From a virus (Duplodnaviria > Heunggongvirae > Uroviricota > Caudoviricetes): a stretch of 64,000 bases of DNA. Under the pieces are notes generated by a model that was given only the letters and a program-made list of their open reading frames with translations, was not told where the DNA came from and searched no databases. The position numbers were made by a program, and so were the translations under genes. Shown here piece by piece: positions 54,024 to 63,969 of this stretch (positions are counted from its first letter, which is position 1; the number at the start of each line of letters is the position of its first letter). Location of the stretch: positions 21,110 to 85,109 of the IMG/VR virus record IMGVR_UViG_3300035659_001474; one strand, given 5' to 3'.

Positions 54024-55487
54024 TTAAAAACTCTCAATTATCTCAAACTCTCTCTCTTGTTCACATATTGCTCTACGTTTTTTATAATGTCCAGCTAAAT
54101 ACCGCAAATTATCCTTGAAATCTATCACTATTGCTTCAGTCTTACCAGGCGACGGTCTCAACGTCCGACCAATCCTCTGTATCACTCTAGTAGGTGACTT
54201 ACCAGCACCAGCTAATATCAACGAATCAAGTGCAGGGATATTCAAACCCTCATCAGCTAATTGTGTAGCAATCATCACATCTAATTGTTTATTTCGTACT
54301 TGATTAATATACTTTTTTCTCAACATCTTATCGACATGACTGTATATAAACTCACATGATATACCATCAATTTCTTTTATCATCTTCAATAACAAATGAC
54401 CATGCTTCTTTGTAGTAACTGTTATCAATATTGATTTATTGAGACTCTTCAATCTCTTCACACAATCTACTATCAGTCGGTTCCTATAAGTATTGTTGAC
54501 AATGTACAGTTTGTAAATAGTATTGTATCTTTTTCGACTAAACTTATAAGCATCATTTTTAGAACCTTGCAAATAGTAAATCTTTGGCTTCACCAAATAC
54601 CCATGCTCAATCAAATAAGATGCTGAAACTTGTGCCACGATACTTCCGGCATATGCTTGCAAAACCATATCGCGACCAGTGCCAGTTTCTGGAGTAGCTG
54701 AGAGACCTCCACGAAACCACGCATGTTTGCAAGTCTTCATTGTTTCAACGTAACTTGCACTGCTGAGATGGTGGCACTCGTCTACTATTACACATTGAAC
54801 AGTTTGCAAAAACTTCTTTATACTATCATTTCGCAAGTAGCTTTTCTTGACAATAGTATCTTCTTCCATCTGTTCTTTTTCGACTTCATCAAATGGCACA
54901 TACTCTTTATTCAACACTGCATGAACGGTTTGAATCATGCAAATATTGATTTTCTTGATATCACATTCACCACCACCAATTTTTCCAATAGGTACTTGCA
55001 ATAATTCTGTCAAGTCGTCATAAGCTTGCTCAAATAAATCACCGGTATGCACTATAAATATTGACGGCATATTGAGTCTTGCAAGAATAGCACCGGCAAT
55101 AATTGTTTTGCCACCGCCAGTAGCAACCTGAATGACAAATCGCTGATGATCAATAGCAGCGTCGATTATGTCAGATTGATAGGACCTGAGTGAATCGCCT
55201 GGTCGCATGTGAATTTTAAGAGATTTGTTAGTAGCAGGTTTAATTCTATTGTCAACTACATCGTAGTCAATGTTATGAGTTTCAAAGACATCAGCAGCTT
55301 TTGAGAATAGTCCCGTTGGAAATGATTGTTTTTGTCTGTTGAAAAGTACATGCTCAATAGTGACAAAATTGAATCCGTTGAATTCGCTTGTCTTGTAAGT
55401 CATCGCGCTGTATAGATCATAGATTACTGCATTTTCAAGATTGCCAATGATTTTACTGTTGACATTATTGACTTCGAGTTTGATCAT
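54024..55487 (-). CDS. superfamily-II DNA helicase (UvsW/XPB/type-III-Res-like)
   Basis: Motif I VATGGGKT, motif II VIVDECHH and motif VI QRIGRTLR. Confidence 0.75.
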   Translation of the reverse strand: MIKLEVNNVNSKIIGNLENAVIYDLYSAMTYKTSEFNGFNFVTIEHVLFNRQKQSFPTGLFSKAADVFETHNIDYDVVDNRIKPATNKSLKIHMRPGDSLRSYQSDIIDAAIDHQRFVIQVATGGGKTIIAGAILARLNMPSIFIVHTGDLFEQAYDDLTELLQVPIGKIGGGECDIKKINICMIQTVHAVLNKEYVPFDEVEKEQMEEDTIVKKSYLRNDSIKKFLQTVQCVIVDECHHLSSASYVETMKTCKHAWFRGGLSATPETGTGRDMVLQAYAGSIVAQVSASYLIEHGYLVKPKIYYLQGSKNDAYKFSRKRYNTIYKLYIVNNTYRNRLIVDCVKRLKSLNKSILITVTTKKHGHLLLKMIKEIDGISCEFIYSHVDKMLRKKYINQVRNKQLDVMIATQLADEGLNIPALDSLILAGAGKSPTRVIQRIGRTLRPSPGKTEAIVIDFKDNLRYLAGHYKKRRAICEQEREFEIIESF

Positions 55488-55588
55488 ATTAATGTAGTCA
55501 ATTCAAAAATCTATGATTTCTCACATAAAAAAAGCTAGTATATTGAATACTAGCTTGATTTGTTGAACAGATTTATGATTGCTATTAT

Positions 55589-55861
55589 CTAAAGCACTTG
55601 AGCTTTTGCATCTTGCATTTTACGAAGCTGTCTTTTTAATTGCCGTAATGTCTTATGATTTGTTTCATGCTTTATACTTTTCTTCAATTCATTTATTGTC
55701 ATAGGTTTAATATCACTTGTAGACTTAGTTGATTTAGCATTTACTCTTCGTTTTGACCCTGGATGTCGTTTCAAATAAGACTGTTGTTGTTCACGAGTAA
55801 GATCTTCCCACTTACGAGCTTCTTTTACAAATTCAACTTGAATTTGCGCTAAATGATTCAT
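55589..55861 (-). CDS. small basic MKHLA-leader family protein (90 aa)
   Basis: MNHLAQIQVEFVKEARKWEDLTREQQQSYLKRHPGSKRRVNAK. A Shine-Dalgarno site (AGGAGGGAATT) precedes the ATG. Confidence 0.6.
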   Translation of the reverse strand: MNHLAQIQVEFVKEARKWEDLTREQQQSYLKRHPGSKRRVNAKSTKSTSDIKPMTINELKKSIKHETNHKTLRQLKRQLRKMQDAKAQVL

Positions 55862-55882
55862 AATTCCCTCCTGAATAATAGT

Positions 55883-58759
55883 TTATCTAATCAACGGTCT
55901 ATTCTTTATGAAATAAAAATCTACACCAATATGAGTAATATCAGCTGATGTCAACTGATTCGTAGCATCATTGTTCGAATATGTCCACGCATACAACACT
56001 AACTCATTCTTCATTGCAAATCCTGTAGAAGCAACAGCTATTCCAAACACTGCTACTTGCTTATGATTTGCCACTACTAACGGCATCATCATTATTGACT
56101 TCAATGATGTAGCTTCATTACCTCCACGCTCAACAGCGTTCAAACCTGAATTATACCTGGCAGTTATTACATCGTCTATCTTCAACACTGATTGTGATAC
56201 ATTTGCATATTCTAATAATTCTGCAACTGTATTGCACACATCATTTCCAATAAATTTACCAAGATTAGCAACTCCATTTATTGAATCACCCTTAATCAAA
56301 TGTTCAACATCTAACGGCGTCGGCAAATATGACACTAATGGTCTAATATATGTCTTACTATCTATATTTGAACTAACATTTGCTGTTCCGTCAGAATGCG
56401 CATATCCCATCATAGCTTTCAAAGTTGCATCTAATTCAATAGCTTCGACCATTCCTTGATATGGCAAATAACTATATGAAATCTTTACTTGAGCTCCATC
56501 ATGAGGTTCAGCAATATAATCCATATCAATCCACAATTGCTGACCATCTACAATTGTAGCATCATCGCGAACTGTTATCCAATTATCTGTCGGCACAACA
56601 CTATTTGTAATATATGCATTAACTCTTGCTGTAGGTATACTACTATAAGACATCTGAAAATCTGAAACATTTGACGACAATGGCGAATAAATAGCACCAC
56701 TACTATTCACTAATATAAACTGGTCAATATCACCACTAGAACTCTGTCGATAAACAGGTGACCAACCAGCAGTAATAAGATCTAATGATAACGGCACATA
56801 AACTACTGAAGTAATTTTTGCAAATGAATACGGTGTATGTGGTCCTGTCAATGGATGTCTAAAAACTTGACCAGAAATCATAGAAGGATTCTGACCAAAA
56901 AATGTTTCAGCTGCAACTTCAGTCACTCCGGTTGATGCTGTATAAATACCACGAATCATCCATACTTTGTTAGTAGCAAATGGTAACTGTATTTGTCTTG
57001 TTGTATTGCTAGTGTTAGTAACAAACATTGTGCGAGTGCTACCATTAACCGTCGTAGTTGATGAAACTATCGGTGCAATACTAATCTGCTTATTACGCGT
57101 CAAAACTTGATAATTAGCAGCATAACTATTAACAGTACCAGTATGAGTGTAATTCAATTGTTTTGAATGTCTTGATAAAAATAATGATGTATCAGATAAA
57201 TTAGTACCAGCTCGAACTATACCACTATGCGGTGAATATGCAACCTGTGCTATAGGAAAGGACGCTGCGTTAACGTAATTCACATTAAGCACTTGATCTG
57301 GTACAAATGTCAAACCATGATTGTTTGGATACTGTATATCATAAGTAATCCAAATTTCTTGATTAGTCAATGAAATGTTAGTACTTAATGTAAATGTCGC
57401 AGTGGCTGTTCCAGTATTTAACCATGATCCAGCGACGTCAGATAATCCAGCATCATTCATGTATACGAATGGTTTTGTTCCTGGAGCTGAATCAGCTGTT
57501 CCAAGAATAATAGTACCAGTAGGAGAACCCGCAGGCACTTTAACTACTATATTATTGCCATTTGCCCAATTACCAATGCCACTTGCTCTATAAAAATCTT
57601 GAGAAGAATCTGTATCAGTAGTATTGAGTCTAATTACATTTGATACTACCGTCGTCTGAAGATCACTAATCACTGTTCTAGTTTTATCAGCAGCACCCAC
57701 TATAGAATATCCAGTAATAGCAACATCACTAAGTGCATCATATTTGACGGTTATAGGTCTACGAACATTATTTTGACCAGTCAACAAGTCTTTTACAGAT
57801 GATTTCAAAATTTCTTCATATGCAACTTGCTGTCCCAAAATTACTTTGTGTCGTAAATCTATAATATCTTGTTGAGCGACTGAGTCATAAAACAAACCAT
57901 CAGGTCTATCAGACACTCCGCCAATAGCGACATCAGATGCTTGTTGACCATTCAAATCTTCATCAATAAACGGTGCACGAGATCTTCTGAATACTAATGC
58001 AATGGGTATAGCATATGAATAACCATCAACACTTTTGAGTTGTAATCTTGAAGCAGCGTCACCATTACCTGCACGCCATAATCCATAATCACCAGTAGAT
58101 GCACCTTGATTTGAAAAACTGAATGGATTTATGGGTAATAGTGCGCCGCCTTGAGCAAATGTAATGGCATCAAATACATTTGAATTTTGAGCGTTTGGAG
58201 CAGCTACATTTTCTTGAATACGAATTCGATATTGAATTTGTACGCGCTTAGTTGTTTCGGGATAAACAGCTGCTATAATTGGATCTATTATGTCATCATC
58301 TAATGTGTCTGTGGTATTTTGTACGTTACCTTCTTTATAGATATGAGTTGCATCCGGCTTATGTTCAGTTGCTCCTCCAGATATCATTGTCTTCCAAACT
58401 TCAAGAAATATGAAGTCATATCTTTGATTACCGCTTCCAAGTGAAGCTGTACTCAGATTAATATTAGAGGTGCCAGATGGTAATATCTTGACTTGTAAAC
58501 CATTTACAATTGCAAAGTCTTGAAGCATTTGAAAAGTATTTGACCAAGTTGAGTTGACAATGAATGATGAAGAGTTTAAGAAGCCGCTTTGAGTTTGATT
58601 TGAAATATATTTTTGAAATTTGTCAGATATGACATCAAATAATAGATTGAGTTCTGAATCAAGGACAGGTTTACCGTCTTGAAACACTAGAGTGTCAAAA
58701 CTATGAAATTCAGGCTGTAATGTTCTTGAAACTCCAGTGCCGTAGTCAAATATTGACAT
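55883..58759 (-). CDS. large (958 aa) S/T/N-rich, beta-rich hypothetical protein, possibly a virion structural or host-recognition protein
   Basis: ORF track. It lacks enzyme motifs, and its composition is typical of fibre or structural proteins. Confidence 0.4.
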   Translation of the reverse strand: MSIFDYGTGVSRTLQPEFHSFDTLVFQDGKPVLDSELNLLFDVISDKFQKYISNQTQSGFLNSSSFIVNSTWSNTFQMLQDFAIVNGLQVKILPSGTSNINLSTASLGSGNQRYDFIFLEVWKTMISGGATEHKPDATHIYKEGNVQNTTDTLDDDIIDPIIAAVYPETTKRVQIQYRIRIQENVAAPNAQNSNVFDAITFAQGGALLPINPFSFSNQGASTGDYGLWRAGNGDAASRLQLKSVDGYSYAIPIALVFRRSRAPFIDEDLNGQQASDVAIGGVSDRPDGLFYDSVAQQDIIDLRHKVILGQQVAYEEILKSSVKDLLTGQNNVRRPITVKYDALSDVAITGYSIVGAADKTRTVISDLQTTVVSNVIRLNTTDTDSSQDFYRASGIGNWANGNNIVVKVPAGSPTGTIILGTADSAPGTKPFVYMNDAGLSDVAGSWLNTGTATATFTLSTNISLTNQEIWITYDIQYPNNHGLTFVPDQVLNVNYVNAASFPIAQVAYSPHSGIVRAGTNLSDTSLFLSRHSKQLNYTHTGTVNSYAANYQVLTRNKQISIAPIVSSTTTVNGSTRTMFVTNTSNTTRQIQLPFATNKVWMIRGIYTASTGVTEVAAETFFGQNPSMISGQVFRHPLTGPHTPYSFAKITSVVYVPLSLDLITAGWSPVYRQSSSGDIDQFILVNSSGAIYSPLSSNVSDFQMSYSSIPTARVNAYITNSVVPTDNWITVRDDATIVDGQQLWIDMDYIAEPHDGAQVKISYSYLPYQGMVEAIELDATLKAMMGYAHSDGTANVSSNIDSKTYIRPLVSYLPTPLDVEHLIKGDSINGVANLGKFIGNDVCNTVAELLEYANVSQSVLKIDDVITARYNSGLNAVERGGNEATSLKSIMMMPLVVANHKQVAVFGIAVASTGFAMKNELVLYAWTYSNNDATNQLTSADITHIGVDFYFIKNRPLIR

Positions 58760-58771
58760 TATTTGCTCCTG

Positions 58772-58990
58772 CTACGATAGAACTATGTTAGCAAATTCTT
58801 TACTAATTGTACAAGAGTGTTTATGTTTTTGAATTGCTCGTTCTTGACGTAATGCTTTTTCTTTAGAAGGATATCGACCAAGTAATTTAGAGCCATCACT
58901 AGTATAGAGACAAATTTTTTGGTCTTTATCAGACCGACTATCTTTGTCTTTTTTCTTACAAGGTTTGATTACTGATTCTATATCTTTCAT
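58772..58990 (-). CDS. small basic hypothetical protein
   Basis: ORF track. Confidence 0.3.
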   Translation of the reverse strand: MKDIESVIKPCKKKDKDSRSDKDQKICLYTSDGSKLLGRYPSKEKALRQERAIQKHKHSCTISKEFANIVLS

Positions 58991-60261
58991 TAGTCTTGAT
59001 ATCCGTTAAGATATAAGTTTTTATGATCTTCAAAAAACTTAGCTACTTGTCTATAATACTCAGGATCTTCAATCTTTTCTGTCCCCAAATCAAAGCCCAA
59101 ATCATTCTTTACATCACCATCTTTTTCTTCAATCTCACGATCAGCCGGTGTTCGTACAACGAAACCAGCTTCTACACCTTCATCTGTTTCAACATTCTCG
59201 CCAGTATCTTTGGCCTTTTGGAAAAAATCAGCTAGATCATTCAAACCCTTTATAAAACCATCCATATCACCAGGTGAGAAAGTCACGGATGCTTCATCTT
59301 TATCATCTTCAGGCTCTGTGAACATTGAAATCTCACCACCAGATTCCCAATCAACCATACCAGAATATTTGTTTTTAGTATTTGGATCGTAAGCATTATG
59401 TATTTTAAGTAATTCTTTAGCTTGTGAGGTTGGAATATTTGCAAATGTTTTCTTGAAATTAGCTAGTGATTTATAAGTTTTAGGAGTAACAGTGATCTTT
59501 GAATCTTGCAATGGCTTTTTTAACTGTTGTTTATCTTTCAATGATCGCTTTATATCTCTTAATTGTTTTACGTTATTAATAGTAGGTCCTGTAGCAAAAT
59601 AATCAGTTGTAGACTTATACTCTTTGTCATGAGGAGTGTCAGTGAATCTCACATAAGTATCAACTTTAATCACTTGCGTGCCGTCATCAAGCGTTGCAAC
59701 TGCAGTATTTTTCTTATAACGTGCAGTGCCACTTTTAGCAGCAGATTCTTCTACATCTAAATTTCTAAATTTAGCAGAATTGAATCTCTTATACAAATTT
59801 TTAGTATCCTTTAATTGTTGAGGCTTATAAACAGCTTCAGTTAAATTTAGTGGATTAGTAAATGAATTTGGGAAATGATTTAACAGTAACGGTATGAATG
59901 ATTTGTCTTTTAGTATCTCTTGCACTTTAACAGGTTGTAATCGAATCCTGATGTTACTTAAGCCAGAGTGATCAAGTATATCACCATCTTTTTCTTTTCC
60001 GGGCATAGAAATACTAGAGACAGCCATCAAATTTGATGACAACCACTTAGGAACATTACTTACTGTCTTTGTTTGATCTACTTTTTTGTTCAACTGATCT
60101 ACTTTTTCATTCAACTTTTTCTTATTCCCCGGTTTAGCAGTAATCTTTCTTTTGCTCTTTGGATGTCGCTTCAAATAAGCTTTTTGATCTTCAAGCGTCA
60201 AATCATCCCACTTACGAGCTTCTTTCAAAAATTCTATCTGAATTCTAGCTAAATGTTTCAT
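58990..60261 (-). CDS. MKHLA-leader family protein (423 aa)
   Basis: MKHLARIQIEFLKEARKWDDLTLEDQKAYLKRHPKSKRKITAKP. A Shine-Dalgarno site (GGAGGATAAGATT) precedes the ATG. Confidence 0.6.
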   Translation of the reverse strand: MKHLARIQIEFLKEARKWDDLTLEDQKAYLKRHPKSKRKITAKPGNKKKLNEKVDQLNKKVDQTKTVSNVPKWLSSNLMAVSSISMPGKEKDGDILDHSGLSNIRIRLQPVKVQEILKDKSFIPLLLNHFPNSFTNPLNLTEAVYKPQQLKDTKNLYKRFNSAKFRNLDVEESAAKSGTARYKKNTAVATLDDGTQVIKVDTYVRFTDTPHDKEYKSTTDYFATGPTINNVKQLRDIKRSLKDKQQLKKPLQDSKITVTPKTYKSLANFKKTFANIPTSQAKELLKIHNAYDPNTKNKYSGMVDWESGGEISMFTEPEDDKDEASVTFSPGDMDGFIKGLNDLADFFQKAKDTGENVETDEGVEAGFVVRTPADREIEEKDGDVKNDLGFDLGTEKIEDPEYYRQVAKFFEDHKNLYLNGYQD

Positions 60262-60265
60262 AATC

Positions 60266-62815
60266 TTATCCTCCAGTTAAGATATCTTGCATAAAATTAT
60301 CACCACTTACAGACGATTTTTTACCTAGTAGTTTTTTGATTCTATCAAGTAATGATTTTTTCTTCTCAGGTGTAACTTCTGTTTTTGGGGCAGTGATTTT
60401 TGTTTCGGTTTTTGGTGCTTCTTTTTTGACTTCACTAACTGGTACAGTTTTTGTTAGTTCGTCTATGTCTTTGCGAGTATCTTCATCTATATTAGATTCT
60501 GGTTCTGTTTTTGGTGATAAGTCTTCAAGATTTACTTCTTCAGGTTCAGCAACTTCGACATCTGATGGTGACCGTTCTTTTTGTCGTTTGATACCAGTTT
60601 GCTGACCTCGAGCTGTTTCAAGCGCTTTTTCACGTTCTTTACGTTGTTTAAGTATTTCATCTATATCAGATTGTGTCTTTGTCGATTCTTCTTCAAGCTG
60701 TTTTGCACGTGCATCTATACTTTCACGTTGTTTTTTAAGACGTTCACGTAATTCATCCATACGTTTACGGAATTCAATACTTACAGTATCTTCTTTTGGC
60801 TCTTCTTCAGGTAATTTAGCTTTTTCTTCAGCTTCAGTTTTTTCTTGTTCAATTTCTTTCATTGACTTTTGTTCAATAAAAGTCTGAGGTCCTTTAAGTG
60901 CTCTTGAAGCTTTATCATTTTCAGCACTAGTCATATGACCAGATTGAACTCTCACTTGGTCAGCTCTAGACTCACCAGTATATATCATATCACCCGCAGG
61001 AAGTAGCTTATTAGCTTCATTGACTCCCGTAGCAGCTGCTTCATCTTCATTTGATACACGACAAACCAATCGACCTTTAAAGTTAGTTTTCAGTCTACCT
61101 GCAATTAGTTCAGATCTTAATGATTGAGTACATCCAACAAAATTAATGTTGCTAGAACGTACTTCAGCCATTAATTGACCTAAGTGATCAGCAACGCTAG
61201 TTTCTTTACCTTTTGTTGATTTGACATATACATTGTCTTTTTCAAGTAAATTCATCATCTCATCAATGCAAACAGCGATTCTCGGTATCACTTTTTTCTT
61301 ATCTTCAGGTATTTTTGCTAAAAATGCTTTATCATCATCATCTAGTTTTTCTGGAGGAGCAGTAATAAATGCGTTCCAATCAGTGATATTTTCAAACGTC
61401 TTTCCTGTCAAATCTTGAATCTCTCCAAGAAACTTCTTACGTTTCATATGTTCTGTTTGCAAATGGTCTAATGTCTTATGTACTTTCTTTAAAAACTCAA
61501 TGTCTGTACTGTCAGCAAGTACTGCTGGCTCTGCTAAATATTTTGACCCAGCATATCTACGAAGCTCTACATTTTTAGGATCAATAACTACAAGTTTCAT
61601 TTCTTCAGGAGTATATGCATGTTGAACTGTATTAATTATACTGTGAAGATTTACAGTTTTACCAGAACCAGTTGTGCCAACAATCATCACTCCCACGTCT
61701 TTAGCAAAATCAATTACTTCTGTCTGACCGTCACTATTCACGCCTATTGGCACGTTAAACGCTGCAGGTTTATTCTTTCGTGCTTCTGTAAATTCATTAC
61801 TAGTAATCAATTCTTTAAAAGACACAGGATCACGATCTTGTATATCAAATCCTTTAGGAAGTTGAATACTAAAATCATAATCTTTCTTTTTATCTAAATT
61901 CTCACTTAAAATAACTCCCCTTGTTTTTGTAAAAGTACTAATAGAATCACCCGTATTAGATGAAACAATTCGTTTCATCATGTTGGCTTTTGCTATAGGA
62001 TCTGTAACTTTCATGTGTACAGTGGTAAAATTCGGACTGTCAACAGTATCTGTTCGTTGTAAATATTTACTAAAACCTAATGCATCAAAAGCTTCATCAG
62101 TATTTTTTATTTGAGTTTTTAGCTCATCTATATTTCGCTGTTTTGGCGGTGTAGGATTATGAAACATATCAACACTATTTACTAACTTATCTTTATTTGC
62201 TGCAACTGCTTCTATTTTGTGTTTATAGACTTCATTTGACTTATCACCAGTCTTATTCAAATCATCAATATGCTGTTGCATTTCCTGATCAATTACTGCA
62301 TCAGCCTTTTCTTCATGTTCAATCTCTTTTTCTGTTTCTATTACGGTAGGCGCAGACTCAATGACAGCATCGATTTTAGAATCATGAACTGTCGTCTCTT
62401 CTTTCTTCTCTTTAAGCTCTTTATCAACCACTATCTTTGTTGTCGGTTTACTAATCTCTTTCTCTTTCTTTTTAAGCTCTTTCTTTATTTGCTTAATATG
62501 CTTCTTTGGCAACTTTGCTTTAACTTTAACCTTTATCTTATCTTTTTTGTGAACTTTCTTAGATTTTGACCCTAACCACTGTTTATACAGTTGCTTAAAC
62601 GTTGCTTTCTGACGTTCGTCACCACTCTTCAATGACTTAATCTTAATAGTAGGATTCTTACCTCTCTTTGAACTCGGATTCTTAACTGTCCGATCGCCTT
62701 CTTCTTTCAAAAAAGACGCAGTTGAAACACTGCGCTTACTTGTCTTTTTTGCAATCTTACGCATATCAGATTGCAATTGCAAAAACTCATTTTGTATCAA
62801 TGCAAGAAATTTCAT
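60266..62815 (-). CDS. FtsK/SpoIIIE-family ATPase with a K/E-rich low-complexity N-terminal region and an MKHLA-type start
   Basis: MIVGTTGSGKTVN (Walker A), VIDPKNVELRRY, RIAVCIDEMMNLL (Walker B) and GCTQSLRSELIAGRLKTNFKGRLVCRVSNEDEAAATGVNEANKLLPAGDMIY parallel the FtsK motifs ATQRPS..IKAN.P.RIAF.VSS..DSR.IL...GAE.LLG.GDMLY. N-terminus MKFLALIQNEFLQ. Confidence 0.8.
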   Translation of the reverse strand: MKFLALIQNEFLQLQSDMRKIAKKTSKRSVSTASFLKEEGDRTVKNPSSKRGKNPTIKIKSLKSGDERQKATFKQLYKQWLGSKSKKVHKKDKIKVKVKAKLPKKHIKQIKKELKKKEKEISKPTTKIVVDKELKEKKEETTVHDSKIDAVIESAPTVIETEKEIEHEEKADAVIDQEMQQHIDDLNKTGDKSNEVYKHKIEAVAANKDKLVNSVDMFHNPTPPKQRNIDELKTQIKNTDEAFDALGFSKYLQRTDTVDSPNFTTVHMKVTDPIAKANMMKRIVSSNTGDSISTFTKTRGVILSENLDKKKDYDFSIQLPKGFDIQDRDPVSFKELITSNEFTEARKNKPAAFNVPIGVNSDGQTEVIDFAKDVGVMIVGTTGSGKTVNLHSIINTVQHAYTPEEMKLVVIDPKNVELRRYAGSKYLAEPAVLADSTDIEFLKKVHKTLDHLQTEHMKRKKFLGEIQDLTGKTFENITDWNAFITAPPEKLDDDDKAFLAKIPEDKKKVIPRIAVCIDEMMNLLEKDNVYVKSTKGKETSVADHLGQLMAEVRSSNINFVGCTQSLRSELIAGRLKTNFKGRLVCRVSNEDEAAATGVNEANKLLPAGDMIYTGESRADQVRVQSGHMTSAENDKASRALKGPQTFIEQKSMKEIEQEKTEAEEKAKLPEEEPKEDTVSIEFRKRMDELRERLKKQRESIDARAKQLEEESTKTQSDIDEILKQRKEREKALETARGQQTGIKRQKERSPSDVEVAEPEEVNLEDLSPKTEPESNIDEDTRKDIDELTKTVPVSEVKKEAPKTETKITAPKTEVTPEKKKSLLDRIKKLLGKKSSVSGDNFMQDILTGG

Positions 62816-62823
62816 ATCATTCC

Positions 62824-63969
62824 TTATTTAGCGTAACCATCTTGCCAATCTTCATCATCTTTGTGCTTAAGCATATACTTCAAACTCTCTATTTCTTCTT
62901 GTCCCATCGGAATTGACGTCCATTTTTTATCTGCAACTGTAAGTTTATCAACCATACTAACAGCAGTATCCAAATATTTATCTTTCAATTTCTTGTCATC
63001 AGTCATTATAGCTTTCTTGAAATTATCTTGCATAATAAACATTGGATCATTCTTCAATATATGCGCAGGCGCTGCATGCTTATTATTAAATACATTTGAA
63101 GCAACTGAATTAAACATGCCATAACTTAACTGTTCAGCAGTCCCATTAGGTCCTTTAGTCAACGGTCGCTTAAAACTATTAGCGACTTCTTTAATTAAGT
63201 CTTTAAATTCATCATGCGTGTAATCACTCTTAACTTTTTTCAAAACTTGAGATGAATCAGATTGAGTTGTCGCAACGTTAGGACTTTCTGATAATTTGTC
63301 AGACAGTGCGTCAATATTACTTACTATAGTATCAAATTCTTTTACATCTTTAACGTCATTAAGTTTATCAATGTTCGATTTAATATCATACTGCATTTTT
63401 AACAGATAACCCTTAGTCTCATACGGAAAAGCAATACTTATTTCAAGCGCATCACCAATCTCTTGATCAAATGACTCTTTATCACCTTTTTCTAAAAATG
63501 ATCTAGCACCAGAAAGTATATCAAGAATGTCACCTATATCTGACTTTGCACTTTCATAATCATGAGGTTTAACTTTATCTTTCTTTGTCACATTTTCAGA
63601 CATAACATCACTAACTAATGCATGTCTTGAAGCATCTAAATAAGTGTCCCAAGTCTTAGAATTTAATATTTTATCTGCATTGCCACCGTCAGATTCTATA
63701 GTCTGCTTCATTTCATCAGTGTTAGCTAACGTTTTCAAATCATCAATAGACATTGTCTTTAACTTTTCAGCATATTTTTTTCTTGTTTTGTCACTGCCCT
63801 CAAGTTTGTCGCTATACAATGGATTAGATTCATCTTCACCTGTCACTTCAATACTACCTGAATCACCTGTCATGCCTGCAATTGTCTGATAAACGTCTTC
63901 TTCACCAGCAACGTTGAAATTATACTTGCTTGCATCAAATAGTTCATCTAACAATGGATTAGTCTTCAA
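62824..63969 (-). CDS. acidic hypothetical protein
   Basis: ORF track. Confidence 0.4.
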   Translation of the reverse strand: MKTNPLLDELFDASKYNFNVAGEEDVYQTIAGMTGDSGSIEVTGEDESNPLYSDKLEGSDKTRKKYAEKLKTMSIDDLKTLANTDEMKQTIESDGGNADKILNSKTWDTYLDASRHALVSDVMSENVTKKDKVKPHDYESAKSDIGDILDILSGARSFLEKGDKESFDQEIGDALEISIAFPYETKGYLLKMQYDIKSNIDKLNDVKDVKEFDTIVSNIDALSDKLSESPNVATTQSDSSQVLKKVKSDYTHDEFKDLIKEVANSFKRPLTKGPNGTAEQLSYGMFNSVASNVFNNKHAAPAHILKNDPMFIMQDNFKKAIMTDDKKLKDKYLDTAVSMVDKLTVADKKWTSIPMGQEEIESLKYMLKHKDDEDWQDGYAK

